From positions 303,366,001 through 303,430,000 of the forward strand of contig OZ024742.1 of NCBI GenBank assembly GCA_964016885.1: DNA of 64,000 nucleotides, written 5' to 3'. The notes beneath the pieces are model-generated. The model saw only the letters and a list, made by a program, of their open reading frames with translations. It was not told the origin of the DNA and ran no database searches. This DNA is from Eledone cirrhosa (Eukaryota). Both the position numbers and the translations under genes were made by a program. Shown in pieces: positions 27,313 through 38,351 of the stretch; position 1 is the first letter of the stretch; each line of letters opens with the position of its first letter.

Positions 27313-28131
27313 ATTATATTATATTGTTGGGAACATACTACTCCATCGAACCAGGTATGTTAAACGAGTATTATGAATATCTTAAGTTCATCACTGTATT
27401 TTGTATACCCTCAGGATATCGATATAAATATAAGTAACTGTTGACAATAAGACACTATTTCGTGTATGCGTAACATAATCACAGATTGCAATTCTAAGAG
27501 CTGTGTGCTTTCACCTGAAACAATATGTTTTTCTTCAAGATATCTAGTCTGTAGCAAATGACTGTTCTTGTGGTTTTCGCAGGTGCTCCGAAACCAAACA
27601 CGTTCTTCTCAATTTGTTGCAAAGCGATAGCTTCAGAGATCAATAAGTGTCTACACCAGTAAATGTTTTCTTTAAGATATTTGGTCTGGACGAAATGCGT
27701 GCTTGCGGTTTCGCAGGTCTTCCGAAAACGAACAGGTTCCTCTAGAAATTCTGAAAAGCGATGGCTGCAGAAGAGACATAGGAAAGGATGGAATTTCAGA
27801 TAGATGAATTCTGGGGATCAAAGATTGAGAAGTGCGATTTCTAGTGAGATTGTTGTGGTCAGTGACAAAAGGAAAGAAGAGTGAGTCGAGAATGTCTGAC
27901 TGAACATAGCAGTTTCCAATATCTCAGTATTAGCATGATAAAGGCCGAGAGAGATAAAAGAATGTGCATGTAATACACTTTATGGGGTATTGAAGTTAAA
28001 ATATTCATAATCTGATGTTGGGAACCATTTCTGTTTTATATTCGGCCAAATATTAAAATTATTTGTAATAGATTGCTTAATTATATAAAATACAGTATAG
28101 TTAACCTAATGTTTGCTGATAGCAATCTTAA

Positions 28132-28972
28132 TCTGTATATATATATATAAAATTAAGTATGTGTGTGTGTGTCTGTGTATTACCTACATCTTACGACCAA
28201 TTTTCATGAAACTTTACAGGCACATAGATTAGGCATCGGGGAGTGTATTCTATATATCAGCGTGTGGTTTTTTTTTATTCCGGTGTCATTCTGCATATAA
28301 AAATAAGATTTTTGGCTCTAGCTCCCACATTTTGCCACCGATTTTTTTCAAATTTTAAAGCAAAATAGAGTTTATCATTGCACATCCTGTAATGGCTTTA
28401 TATTTTGCATTTGTTGTTCAGCGACGGCGTGGCAGCCGCTTAAATATTCAAAAATACAATTTTTAGACTGAAATTTCCACTTTTTCGGCTCTAGCTCCGA
28501 GATTAATCAACCTACTTTGTTCCAAATTTACACTACACTAGATCTGATTATTTCACGTCTTAAAGTCGCTTTATATTTTGGATGTTTGTTCAGCAACGGC
28601 GTGGCAGCCGCTTAAATATTCGAAAATACCACCTTTTCGCTCAAATTGCCGCCTTTTCGGCTCTAGCTCCCACATATTTCAACCGTTTTCGTTCAAATTC
28701 GAAACTTCGGCTCCACCTCACACATAAATCAATTTATTTGGTTCAACTTTTATAGTACGATAGAACATATCATTGCACATCTTATAGATGGTCAAAGGCA
28801 AAACGATGGACACTGATGTCGTCTGAGCTTTTAGTTGTGTATTTGAGAATTCATCGGTTTCCAATCAAGTAGCCATAGATGAGTCATTGAGAAGCAGTCG
28901 CTAAGATCAACACCTTTTCATCAAAGCAGATATTATTTTACCTACCCAGGCAAAGCTGGGTACTGCTGCTAG
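28132..28972 (+). mobile_element. Non-autonomous Helitron with internal ~171-bp tandem repeats
   Basis: 5' end A|TCTGTATATATATATATAAAA. 3' hairpin TACCCAG-GCAAAG-CTGGGTA (28943-28962) then CTAG|T. GGCTCTAGCTCC recurs at ~28314, ~28487 and ~28659. Confidence 0.82.
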
Positions 28973-30205
28973 TCCTTTATAAAACTGGATACCCCACCAA
29001 ATGCTTGAAATATTTACTAATAGCTAGCTTAATACTATCAAATAGCTAGCTTAATACTATCAAATGCTATATCCATTCAATGGGTAAATTACTGTCTTCC
29101 TAACGGGATTATTAGCATACGGAAAATGAAATTATTATAAACTATAAACGAAACTGAAACTTTATTTAGGCGATCCCGGTTCCAGCCATAATTCCATAAT
29201 TGGTATTAATTAATTATATGCTACCTTATAAGGACTACCTTTCTCACTTAACTGGCACGTAGAGAAACTGTAATATCATAACTCTACTCTATAAAATATT
29301 TACAGTTACTGAAATGCTACATTTCGGGCCATGCGCTATTATTTCCACGGCAGTTGCCGTGGAAATATATATATGTGTGTGTGTAGTGTATATATACATA
29401 TATATTTATGTATGTGGTTTATATATATATAAGGCGTTGCAAATTCACATTTTTTTTCTGTCACGAAATATATTTTGCCAGCTAATTACAATCGTTTCCA
29501 TACACTTAACATTCCTAGAATAGAGGCTATGGAATATCCGACCGAGAGTCGATGAAAAAGTATTTTATTCGAAAATCGTAACGTGTTCGATTCATATAGA
29601 ATTTGCTGAGCTGTGTTGTTTCAATGATGCCTCTGCTTCTTACAAGTTCATTCCACGTCTTTGTTTAAATAAGTTTGTGGAGAATAACTGTCATTGAATT
29701 GATTTACGTAAAAGAAAACACGAAATGTGTCGGTGCGTATTTGTACAATTTGCATTAAAAAATGTTCGTACATTTGTTTAAATTGAAAGATATATCATAC
29801 ATCTCTCTTGTGGTCAAACACATAATCTCTTACAACTAATACAGAGCGACAAAATATGCACAGTCCACACATACATACACACACTTATATTAAGATACTT
29901 TTGCTCATAGCTTCGTATTTACAAGAACACACACACACTCTTTTACTTGCACACACACACATACAGATTCACACATGCATACGCACGTGCACAAGTATAG
30001 CTCTTTATACAAAATATATTTTTTTCCATTTCAGGTAGACGCGCTCCATCATCCAGTTTTCTAAAGAATAAATCATACACAAAACGCCAGCATCAACAGT
30101 TTTCCAAGAGATGTTAACATGAATGGACCTGTTATTTTTATCTAAAGACATTTTTTTCCAACTCCAGCCCGCTAGTCCCTTCAATCTATCTTATTACTTA
30201 TTCTT

Positions 30206-30240
30206 TCTTCTGATGAAGGACTAGCGACGGAAACGTTAAG
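30206..30240 (+). ncRNA. Minimal hammerhead motif (stem II mutated) in a dispersed non-coding repeat (~30090-30350; second copy ~49835-50060, minus)
   Basis: tCTT CTGATGA aGGAC tagc GACG GAAA CG TT AAG. The sister copy has GTCC, which restores stem II. Confidence 0.7.
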
Positions 30241-30371
30241 CTCCTCTTCCTGCTATTTCAAGCGTTAACCTAATATATCCCTTCCATATACTGTACCGAT
30301 TGTGTTGTAATTTCTGTTTAGCTTTTACATAAATACATATATTTATATTTATATATGTATATACACACACG

Positions 30372-30413
<42 letters not shown>

Positions 30414-30414
<1 letters not shown>

Positions 30415-30889
30415 TGGTAAACGGAATAGAAAATGCTGACAAATTGTTCACAGTTGAAAAATGGTTTAATTAGGAATAAAAGAGTATTAGTGATTGTATG
30501 GGTTAGTATTCAGTTGTGGTTTTAAGTTTTTAAGTTTTTACCGGTTGCGCATTTCTAAATGCTTTTCAAAAATAATTTTGAGATAGAGTGTCCGTGCTGT
30601 TTGCTCTGATCTGATTAGTTTTGGGAATTCTACCTGTTTTTATGTTAAAAAAGTGGCTCCAGCGTTACTTTGGTGTTGCAAAATTTCTTGTGGTCAAAAC
30701 AATTTTGATTGGTCGGTAGAGGTCATGTGAGTGTAAAAAAATTGATTTTGCGCCAAGACTATTTTTATGTTAAAAAAGTGGCTCCAGCAACAATTCTTGT
30801 GGTCAAAACAATTTTGATTGGTCGGTAGAGGTCATGTGAATAAAAAATAGGTTTTGCGCCAAGATTGAGAAATGACTCTTTCACAACAA

Positions 30890-30936
<47 letters not shown>

Positions 30937-31335
30937 TGTGTGTGTATAGTAGAGTAATTCGTGGTGGCAGGGATGGTCAGTAAGAATGTGTCTGAAAGCA
31001 ATGGGGGGTATTTTAGCATGTCAAAAGATATTTTTCAGCTTTTGTCTTATACGGAGAAGTGCGTGTGTGTGTGTGTGTGTGTCTATATAAGTCTCTTTGT
31101 ATGTTGATGTACGCGTGTGTATGTGTGTGTGTATATATATATGTGTGTGTGTGTGTATGTGTGTATGCGTGTGGGTGGACCAGTATTTTTTTCGCCCTGG
31201 TAAAATGGTGTACATTATTCGATTTTTTCAGTAAAATCGGTTCTCTTAATAGAACATCAAAAATCTTAACAATAAAAGGTGTGAAATGATATTCACTATA
31301 TATATATACACACACATACATATATTCACTATATA

Positions 31336-31369
<34 letters not shown>

Positions 31370-31545
31370 TACATATATATACACATATATATGCACATAT
31401 ATTTTTTTGTGTTGCACCATAGAGCATGTGTGTTTACGTATGTCATTGTGTTTATATGTGGGTAGAGATGTGTGCTGATGTAGGTATCTATGTTGCCATG
31501 TGTATGTTGTGGGTTCGTCTTAGGGAGAAGTGTTTAGACGGGGTC
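30414..31545 (-). repeat. Left arm: 3' end of ORF + 3'UTR/pLTR
   Basis: Reverse complement of 34996-36072. Contains a ~125-bp tandem duplication (~30637-30865). Confidence 0.9.
30536..30572 (-). ncRNA. Variant hammerhead-like motif (U3-A8 core, GCAA in place of GAAA)
   Basis: Minus strand: TTT TTGAAAA GCATT taga AATGC GCAA CCGG TA AAA. Confidence 0.55.
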
Positions 31546-33844
31546 CGTATTTGTTAATGAAGTAAGATTCCTTGCTGATGCGCTGGGTGTGGGTGGCATT
31601 ATCTTTAAATTTGTAGAAGGGAAAGATTCTGAAGTTGGGATGATTTTGGGCGGCACAGGTATCAATGTGTTCACTCAGTGGTATTTTCCTGTATTCCCGT
31701 ATTTTAATTTGGGATCTATGGACAGTCATGCGTTGGCGGAGGCTGTTTTTGGTCTGGCCTATGTATTGTTCTCGACAACCTGAACAAGTTAATACATATA
31801 TTAGATTTTCCGATGCACATGTGAAATTGTGTTTTACTATAAAACGTTGTCCATCTTTGAAATAGAATTCCGAACCCTCTATTAGGTTGATGCAAATGCC
31901 ACAGTTGGGTCTATCGCATTTTTTTACTGTGGGTTTCGTTGTTGTGGTTGGCAGTACTTTGGCATGTGTTAAGATGTTTTTCATTGACTTGGATTGTCTT
32001 TTGCTCTTTATGATATCGTGTGTTCGTAGAATTTGGTTCATTCTATGGTCCTTTTTCAATACAGGGATGTTCTGGATGATGGTGTCAAAGGCCTCATTGT
32101 TGAGGGGGTTGTGTGTGGAGATGTATGGAAGAGCTTTTAGTTTTGGTTGATTTACTTTAGGGTGTCTAAGGTCCTGGGTACTGAGTTTTAGGGCACGTTG
32201 GATTCCATTGTCAATTAGTGATGCAGGATAATCCCTGCCTATGAGTGTGTCCTTTAGTTCTTGTTGCCGTAAGTAGCAGATGTTTTTATTGGAGACTATA
32301 GTACAGATTCTCTTGGCTAAGTTGTAGGGAATATTAATTTTAACGTGTCTAGGGTGGCAAGAGTTGAAGGGGAGATATTGCTTGGAGTCTGTGGGCTTGT
32401 AGTATATGTCTGTTTCTATTTTTTTGTTATGGATCTTAATGAGGATGTCGAGGAAGGGGAATTGTTGATGGCTGTATTCCATCGTGAAGTTAATATTTGT
32501 GTTGAGCCCATTTATAAGGGTGTGAAATTCTTTAAGTTTTTCGATGTTTTCGTGCCAAAGGATGAAGCAGTCATCTAGATATCGCTTCCAGTTCCTTTCA
32601 ATGTGTAAGTGGAGGGTGTTTCCAAATTTGTTTAGGACTTTAGTGTAGAGGGTGAGTTCCAGGTATCCCATGACTAGGTTGGCATAAGTGGGGACTGTTT
32701 TCGTTCCCATAGCGGTCCCAGATTTCTGCCTGTAGGGTTTGTTATTGAAAACGAAGTAATTGTTCTCCAAGATAAATTTGAGTCCTTCTATCACGAATTC
32801 TTTTTTGATGCGTTGTGGGAGTTCATTGTGGAAATTATCCAGCCAGAATTGGATAGCTTCTATTCCTAGGTTGTGGGGGATGTTGGAGTATAGGTTGACT
32901 ACATCGAACGTCACTAGTAGGGTTTGTTCAGGAAGTGGCATATTAGGGAGGTGATTGAGCATATCTAGGTCGTCCCTTATATAGCTTTTGATGTGCTTGG
33001 GGAAGGGTTTGAGAAGGGTATCAATGAAGTTGCTAAGACGGTGCGTTTCGCAAGCAGGGCTTGCTATTATAGGTCTTAATTTGAGATCATTGGGTGAGGG
33101 GACATTGATGACTATGTCTGTGGCTTCCTTGCATGCCTTACTTATTGATTCGCTTTTATGTACTTTAGGGATACCGTAGAAAAGGCTGGATTTACTTGTG
33201 AAGTCTGTGATGAAGCTGAATTCCTTGTTAGTGAGTCCTTCTTTGTATTGGTTGATTAGAGTTTTTAGGTTTCTCATAATTTTCTGTTGATTGTAGTGTT
33301 CAGCCTTTTCGTAGTATGTTTCGTTTTCCAAAGTGGAGAGCGCTAAGTTGATATAGAATTCTGTCTCCATTAGGACTACTGTACTCCCTTTATCAGCCTC
33401 TTTAATTGTAATGGTTCTGTCGGTTTTTAATCTATTTAATTCTTCCCATTCTTTCTTGTTGAGGTTTGGCTTGTGTTTTTGTCTGTGCAAGTGTTGGTAA
33501 GGGAAGTTTGTGATGTGTTCACAGAATTCGTCCAGGATTTTATTTCTACCTTTTGAAGGGGTGTAATTGCTTCTATTTCTGGCTAATGATTCATCCTCAT
33601 TGTACTGGTCGAATAGTTGTTCACTAAGTCGTAACTTTCTACAGAAGTCTGTGATGTCTTCCTTCATTTCATAGTAGTTAGGACGTAGTGGGGTCGGTGT
33701 GAATTTAAGACCTTTGGAGAGTAAGTTGATAAGGTTGGGTGTTGGTTCTGCACTAGTAAGATTGATAATTTTTATTACTATCGGTTTCTCCTCCCTGTCT
33801 TGTGTTATTTTGTTTGCATGTATCTGTGTGCTGTGTCTAAAAAA
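31520..33844 (-). CDS. Penelope-like reverse transcriptase + Cys linker + GIY-YIG endonuclease (frame open upstream of first ATG at 33667)
   Basis: IINLT..LLSKGLKFTPTP, KEADKGSTVV, FYGIPKVHK, LRPIIA, FDVVNLYSNIP, GTAMGT, WKRYLDDCF, FLDI, CDRPNCGIC, FTCASENLIYVLTC..C..QYIGQT...RMTVH. No internal stops. Confidence 0.93.
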   Translation of the reverse strand, partial: FFRHSTQIHANKITQDREEKPIVIKIINLTSAEPTPNLINLLSKGLKFTPTPLRPNYYEMKEDITDFCRKLRLSEQLFDQYNEDESLARNRSNYTPSKGRNKILDEFCEHITNFPYQHLHRQKHKPNLNKKEWEELNRLKTDRTITIKEADKGSTVVLMETEFYINLALSTLENETYYEKAEHYNQQKIMRNLKTLINQYKEGLTNKEFSFITDFTSKSSLFYGIPKVHKSESISKACKEATDIVINVPSPNDLKLRPIIASPACETHRLSNFIDTLLKPFPKHIKSYIRDDLDMLNHLPNMPLPEQTLLVTFDVVNLYSNIPHNLGIEAIQFWLDNFHNELPQRIKKEFVIEGLKFILENNYFVFNNKPYRQKSGTAMGTKTVPTYANLVMGYLELTLYTKVLNKFGNTLHLHIERNWKRYLDDCFILWHENIEKLKEFHTLINGLNTNINFTMEYSHQQFPFLDILIKIHNKKIETDIYYKPTDSKQYLPFNSCHPRHVKINIPYNLAKRICTIVSNKNICYLRQQELKDTLIGRDYPASLIDNGIQRALKLSTQDLRHPKVNQPKLKALPYISTHNPLNNEAFDTIIQNIPVLKKDHRMNQILRTHDIIKSKRQSKSMKNILTHAKVLPTTTTKPTVKKCDRPNCGICINLIEGSEFYFKDGQRFIVKHNFTCASENLIYVLTCSGCREQYIGQTKNSLRQRMTVHRSQIKIREYRKIPLSEHIDTCAAQNHPNFRIFPFYKFKDNATHTQRISKESYFINKYGPRLNTSP

Positions 33845-34995
33845 TGGTTGGGGTTGAGGGGTTGTCTGCTGGTGTTAAGTGGTCTCCTGTGTTTGTTATA
33901 TTCCTTGTTGTTGTAAAATGTGGTTCGGGTTGGTGGTTGTAGATTGAATGGGGTGTTCCTGTACTGCGAGTATGGGTGTGTGTTTCTATGTGCCATGTTG
34001 TATTGTGGTGTTATAAGTGGCCTACGTTGTTGGTTGTATCGTGTCGTGTGGGTTTGTTGTGTATTGTGGAAGCGAGAGTTGAGAAAATGGTAATTACCTT
34101 GCTGTCCCCTTGAAGCGGGGAAGTTGTTACATCTATCATGGCGGTGGTATCTTTTCCCTATGTTTGACGATGAGGCATCCGCGTAGTAGTTAAGTGATTT
34201 GGTATGGTGTCTCCTTGAAAGTTGTAAATGTCATTCTGGGGAAGATGATTTCTTGGGTTTTTGTTCCTTCTTATGGTAGCGAGGTTGGGAAGTTCATCTT
34301 CGGTGTGGTGCTTCCTTCTTCGTTTGTTAGAGGCTTGGGCGTTTGAGAAGTTGTTGTGCGGTTCAGTTATGGGTTTTCCTATTTTTATGAACGGTTTATT
34401 GGAGGTGTAATCCGTTTGAAAAGTCGATTCATAGTGTAGGAACCAAGCGGCACTTTTTTCCCAGCGTTGAAGGGATTTCAGTTCTTCTCTGTTGCAGTCC
34501 CCTTTCCATAATTTGGAGATCTTCTCTACCTTGGGGCCTTCAGTTTTGTTGTTGATTTCCAGGAGGATCTCTTCATCGATGGTTTTGATTTTTTCCTCAT
34601 TTGTTTGAGCCCTCAGTTTAAGAAGTTCAATTTCTGTCTTCATTTTTTCCAATGCCATTCTTTCCCTAAGGTGTCTTTGAGGTTCGGGTTCATTTTGAAT
34701 GGACTTTATTTGTAGTTTACGGGGGAGAGTTAGAGGGGTTGAGTTAAGCCATTTTTCATATATCTCTGCTTTGTTGTGATTTTGTATCATCTTCCAGAAT
34801 GAGAACTTTCTGTCTCTGAGGGATTTGTTCCATTTTGGAATTGTTCGAATTTTCATTTTGTGTGAATCAATCTCACATGGTTCTTCCTTGGTTTTTCCTG
34901 GGTTGGTAGTAGTGAACATAGTTAGGATAGTATCGCAAAGGTTTTGGAGTTTGTTGCCGATTTCAGAGGGTTTGTATCCGGTGGCGGTTTCCTTA
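33805..34995 (-). pseudogene. Penelope ORF1-like protein (helical/coiled-coil domain + N/R/H/T-rich tail), 5'-truncated, one apparent frameshift near 34160-34230
   Basis: ORF 34919-34158 (open back to the inversion junction) has W..L..RK..FW..., LPRKL and EIELLKLR..IDEEI..W..C..EE.KS..W. A second frame is open ~34230-33805 and ends NHFLDTAHRYMQTK*. Confidence 0.65.
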
Positions 34996-35355
34996 GACCC
35001 CGTCTAAACACTTCTCCCTAAGACGAACCCACAACATACACACGTCAACATACATACCTACATCAGCACACATCTCTACCCACATATAAACACAATGACA
35101 TACGTAAACACACATGCTCTATGGTGCAACACAAAAAAATATATGTGCATATATATGTGTATATATATGTATATATGTATATATATATATATGTATATAG
35201 TGAATATATGTATGTGTGTGTATATATATATAGTGAATATCATTTCACACCTTTTATTGTTAAGATTTTTGATGTTCTATTAAGAGAACCGATTTTACTG
35301 AAAAAATCGAATAATGTACACCATTTTACCAGGGGGAAAAAAATACTGATCCACC

Positions 35356-35391
<36 letters not shown>

Positions 35392-35560
35392 CACACACAT
35401 ATACACACGCGTACATCAACATACAAAGAGACTTATATACACACACACACACAGACACACTTATCTCAATAGCCATTTGACACACATCACTGCTAACTAT
35501 TATCACAACATCGAACATCTTACTACTACTACTACACACACACACACACACACACACACG

Positions 35561-35597
<37 letters not shown>

Positions 35598-36072
35598 TTG
35601 TTGTGAAAGAGTCATTTCTCAATCTTGGCGCAAAACCAATTTTTTATTCACATGACCTCTACCGACCAATCAAAATTGTTTTGACCACAAGAATTGTTGC
35701 TGGAGCCACTTTTTTAACATAAAAATAGTCTTGGCGCAAAATCAATTTTTTACACTCACATGACCTCTACCGACCAATCAAAATTGTTTTGACCACAAGA
35801 AATTTTGCAACACCAAAGTAACGCTGGAGCCACTTTTTTAACATAAAAACAGGTAGAATTCCCAAAACTAATCAGATCAGAGCAAACAGCACGGACACTC
35901 TATCTCAAAATTATTTTTGAAAAGCATTTAGAAATGCGCAACCGGTAAAAACTTAAAAACTTAAAACCACAACTGAATACTAACCCATACAATCACTAAT
36001 ACTCTTTTATTCCTAATTAAACCATTTTTCAACTGTGAACAATTTGTCAGCATTTTCTATTCCGTTTACCAA
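34996..36072 (+). repeat. Right arm: inverted copy of the element 3' region
   Basis: Begins GACCCCGTCTAAACACTTCTCCCTAA (last ORF codons) and ends TTCCGTTTACCAA-TATATA. Confidence 0.9.
35914..35950 (+). ncRNA. Variant hammerhead-like motif (mirror of 30536-30572)
   Basis: TTT TTGAAAA GCATT taga AATGC GCAA CCGG TA AAA. Confidence 0.55.
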
Positions 36073-36114
36073 TATATAATAACTTGTGTGTTACACCTCT
36101 ATTCTTTTAACTAT

Positions 36115-36176
<62 letters not shown>

Positions 36177-36273
36177 ATGTCTGTGTGTGCGTGTGTGTGT
36201 ATGTGTGTGATTTGTATGTATATATATATATATATATATATGTATTTATGTAATAAACAACATAACGCAATTA

Positions 36274-36334
36274 TTTCATTTACCAGTGGTTTCTTGAAAG
36301 CAAACAAATTTTCCTTTCAATCATCAGAATGAAA
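36274..36334 (-). ncRNA. Minimal type-I hammerhead ribozyme inside a small fold-back module (36247-36405)
   Basis: Minus strand: TTTCATT CTGATGA TTGAAAG (13-nt loop) CTTTCAA GAAA CCACTGG TA AATGAAA. 7-bp stems I and II. Confidence 0.85.
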
Positions 36335-36475
36335 AAATCCTGGTGTATTTATTGACATTGGATTTTCACTGGATGAAATAATTGCCTTATGTTGTTTATT
36401 ACATAACTCTTAAGCTCTATAACCTACATAGAGCACTCTTTTTTCCTGGACCTTTCCCACGGAATTACTTCATTT

Positions 36476-36636
<161 letters not shown>

Positions 36637-38000
36637 CATGCACAAACAGAAAGGTGCGTGAAAAGTGGTACTGCTGCAAGCTAGAGAAAAAAGGATTACA
36701 ATGTGTGATTCGAACTATGAAGCTTTATCTATAATCTAACAATACTAGAAATTGTATATTCTTCATATTTAGGAATAAGAAAATAGGATATCAAAGTGTT
36801 TGAGATGCAGTGTAGTTCTACATATTTAAACTTATTACCTTTCCAAAGATGAGGCTAATTATCAGCACAATTAAAATGTTATTAACAACTCTTCTCAGAC
36901 ATTTAAGCATATAAGCTATATTATATGTATCTAGCATGTGTTACTATTCACTCGTTGTGGGAGCAATCGAATACACATTGCATTGCAATTTGAATATAAT
37001 TTAATTCATGTACATATGTGATGCTCTTTAGAAAGGCATGAACATCATATTATCTCATTCCCTAATGCTATATATTTCTAGTTAAGTATAAAATTAGGCA
37101 ATCAATATTGCAAATTTAAATATTAAAGATTAATACTTCCTGTCTCATAGAACGTCTATTAACTACATGTCAGAATCCTCTACACAGAAACGTTCTGGTA
37201 CATCTGTGTCTTATATTTATAGGTTATAATATGTACATTATCTGCTCGAACTTATTTTTGTTATTTGTCCACTCTGTTTAATTTGTTGATATGTGTATGT
37301 TATATTGTTAAAGGGTTGTTTTTTATATGACTAATTAACTGTGATAGGCTTCGTTGATGAGTAATTGTATTTTGTATGGTGTGTCATGGTTAGTTTACGT
37401 GTGTTGTAATCGTATAGATTATTTTGATGTTGGGTGGGTTTATGAGTGAAGTAATGTCATTTATGGTCTGAGTTCATTTGTTTCAAATCATCAGGAATTT
37501 CAGTTAATATAGGACAATTTCAGCATTTATATATTTCGTATTTATATATAGGTGTTGAAAAAGAGATTACAAAATTGGAAGAAGAAGAAGAAGAGTTCAA
37601 ATCTTGCTAATATCAACTTGCCTTTTATCATGATGAAGTCGATTACAGAAAGCACAAGTCAAGCAATTGGATTGCTTTTATTCCCTCTACTCACACACAA
37701 ATGAGTGGACTGGTGAATACAGAGTAGTTGAAAGTTTCATAGTATACTGATGCTGCATGTATAAATAGATAAGGAGTTCGATTCGTAATCAATACGTGCT
37801 GGGGTTGATACAATTGTATATCATGTGTTATTTATAAAAGAGCCTAGTGTCAACCCATGAAATGTTAGTAAAAGTGGGTATAAGAAAACTGCTTGGAAGC
37901 CTATTACATAGACTGTGCATGTAAGTCAAGAGACCAGTCATGTAACACAGTGTAATGCTGAATCTCCCTAATAATTCTGGTTAAACATGTGCACACTTAA

Positions 38001-38351
38001 CTCTTTAGCATTTAAACCGGCTGTTTCCAGCCAGAACTCTCTCATCTCTTTCTGTTGAAACTGGCCGTAACTGGCCGCCCATACTGACGTTAAGTTATTG
38101 TTCTCAAAATAAATAACATCAAAATCTCATAGATTGAATATTATGTGAGATAGTTACGTCCCTTTATGTTCTGAGTTCAAATCCCGCCGAAGTTAACTTT
38201 GCCTTTCATCCTTACGGGGTCGATAACATAAAGTACCAGTAATGTACTGGGTATTTGCTGGCCTTGTGCCTAAAGTAGAAACAATTATGTAAGATAAAGC
38301 CTTTACCATGAAAATACAATAATGTATATAGAGTAATGTAAATGCTAAGGG
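38001..38351. mobile_element. piggyBac-type MITE (TTAA TSD, ~13-bp TIR) interrupted by a SINE
   Basis: TTAA|CTCTTTAGCATTTA ... TAAATGCTAAGGG|TTAA. Confidence 0.75.
38153..38284 (+). mobile_element. 5'-truncated Nin/Deu SINE with TSD
   Basis: B box, Nin core and 3' end. Flanking ATTATGTGAGATA / ATTATGTAAGATA. Confidence 0.85.

Larger units (their letters stand above)
30414..36072 (-). mobile_element. Penelope-like element (Neptune type) with inverted terminal arms, inserted next to (TA)n
   Basis: RT-GIY-YIG ORF 33667-31520 and ORF1 remnants 34995-33805. 30414-31545 and 34996-36072 are inverted copies of the 3' region. Confidence 0.93.

Noticed and set aside
27490-27960. Possible old LINE fragment with a ~135-bp duplication
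   Set aside because: Too degenerate to assign a family from motifs.
31520-33667. Selenoprotein/SECIS-type or N-terminal-endonuclease (Naiad/Chlamys) PLE
   Set aside because: There is no in-frame TGA, and the GIY-YIG is C-terminal after a Cys linker, which fits the Neptune type.
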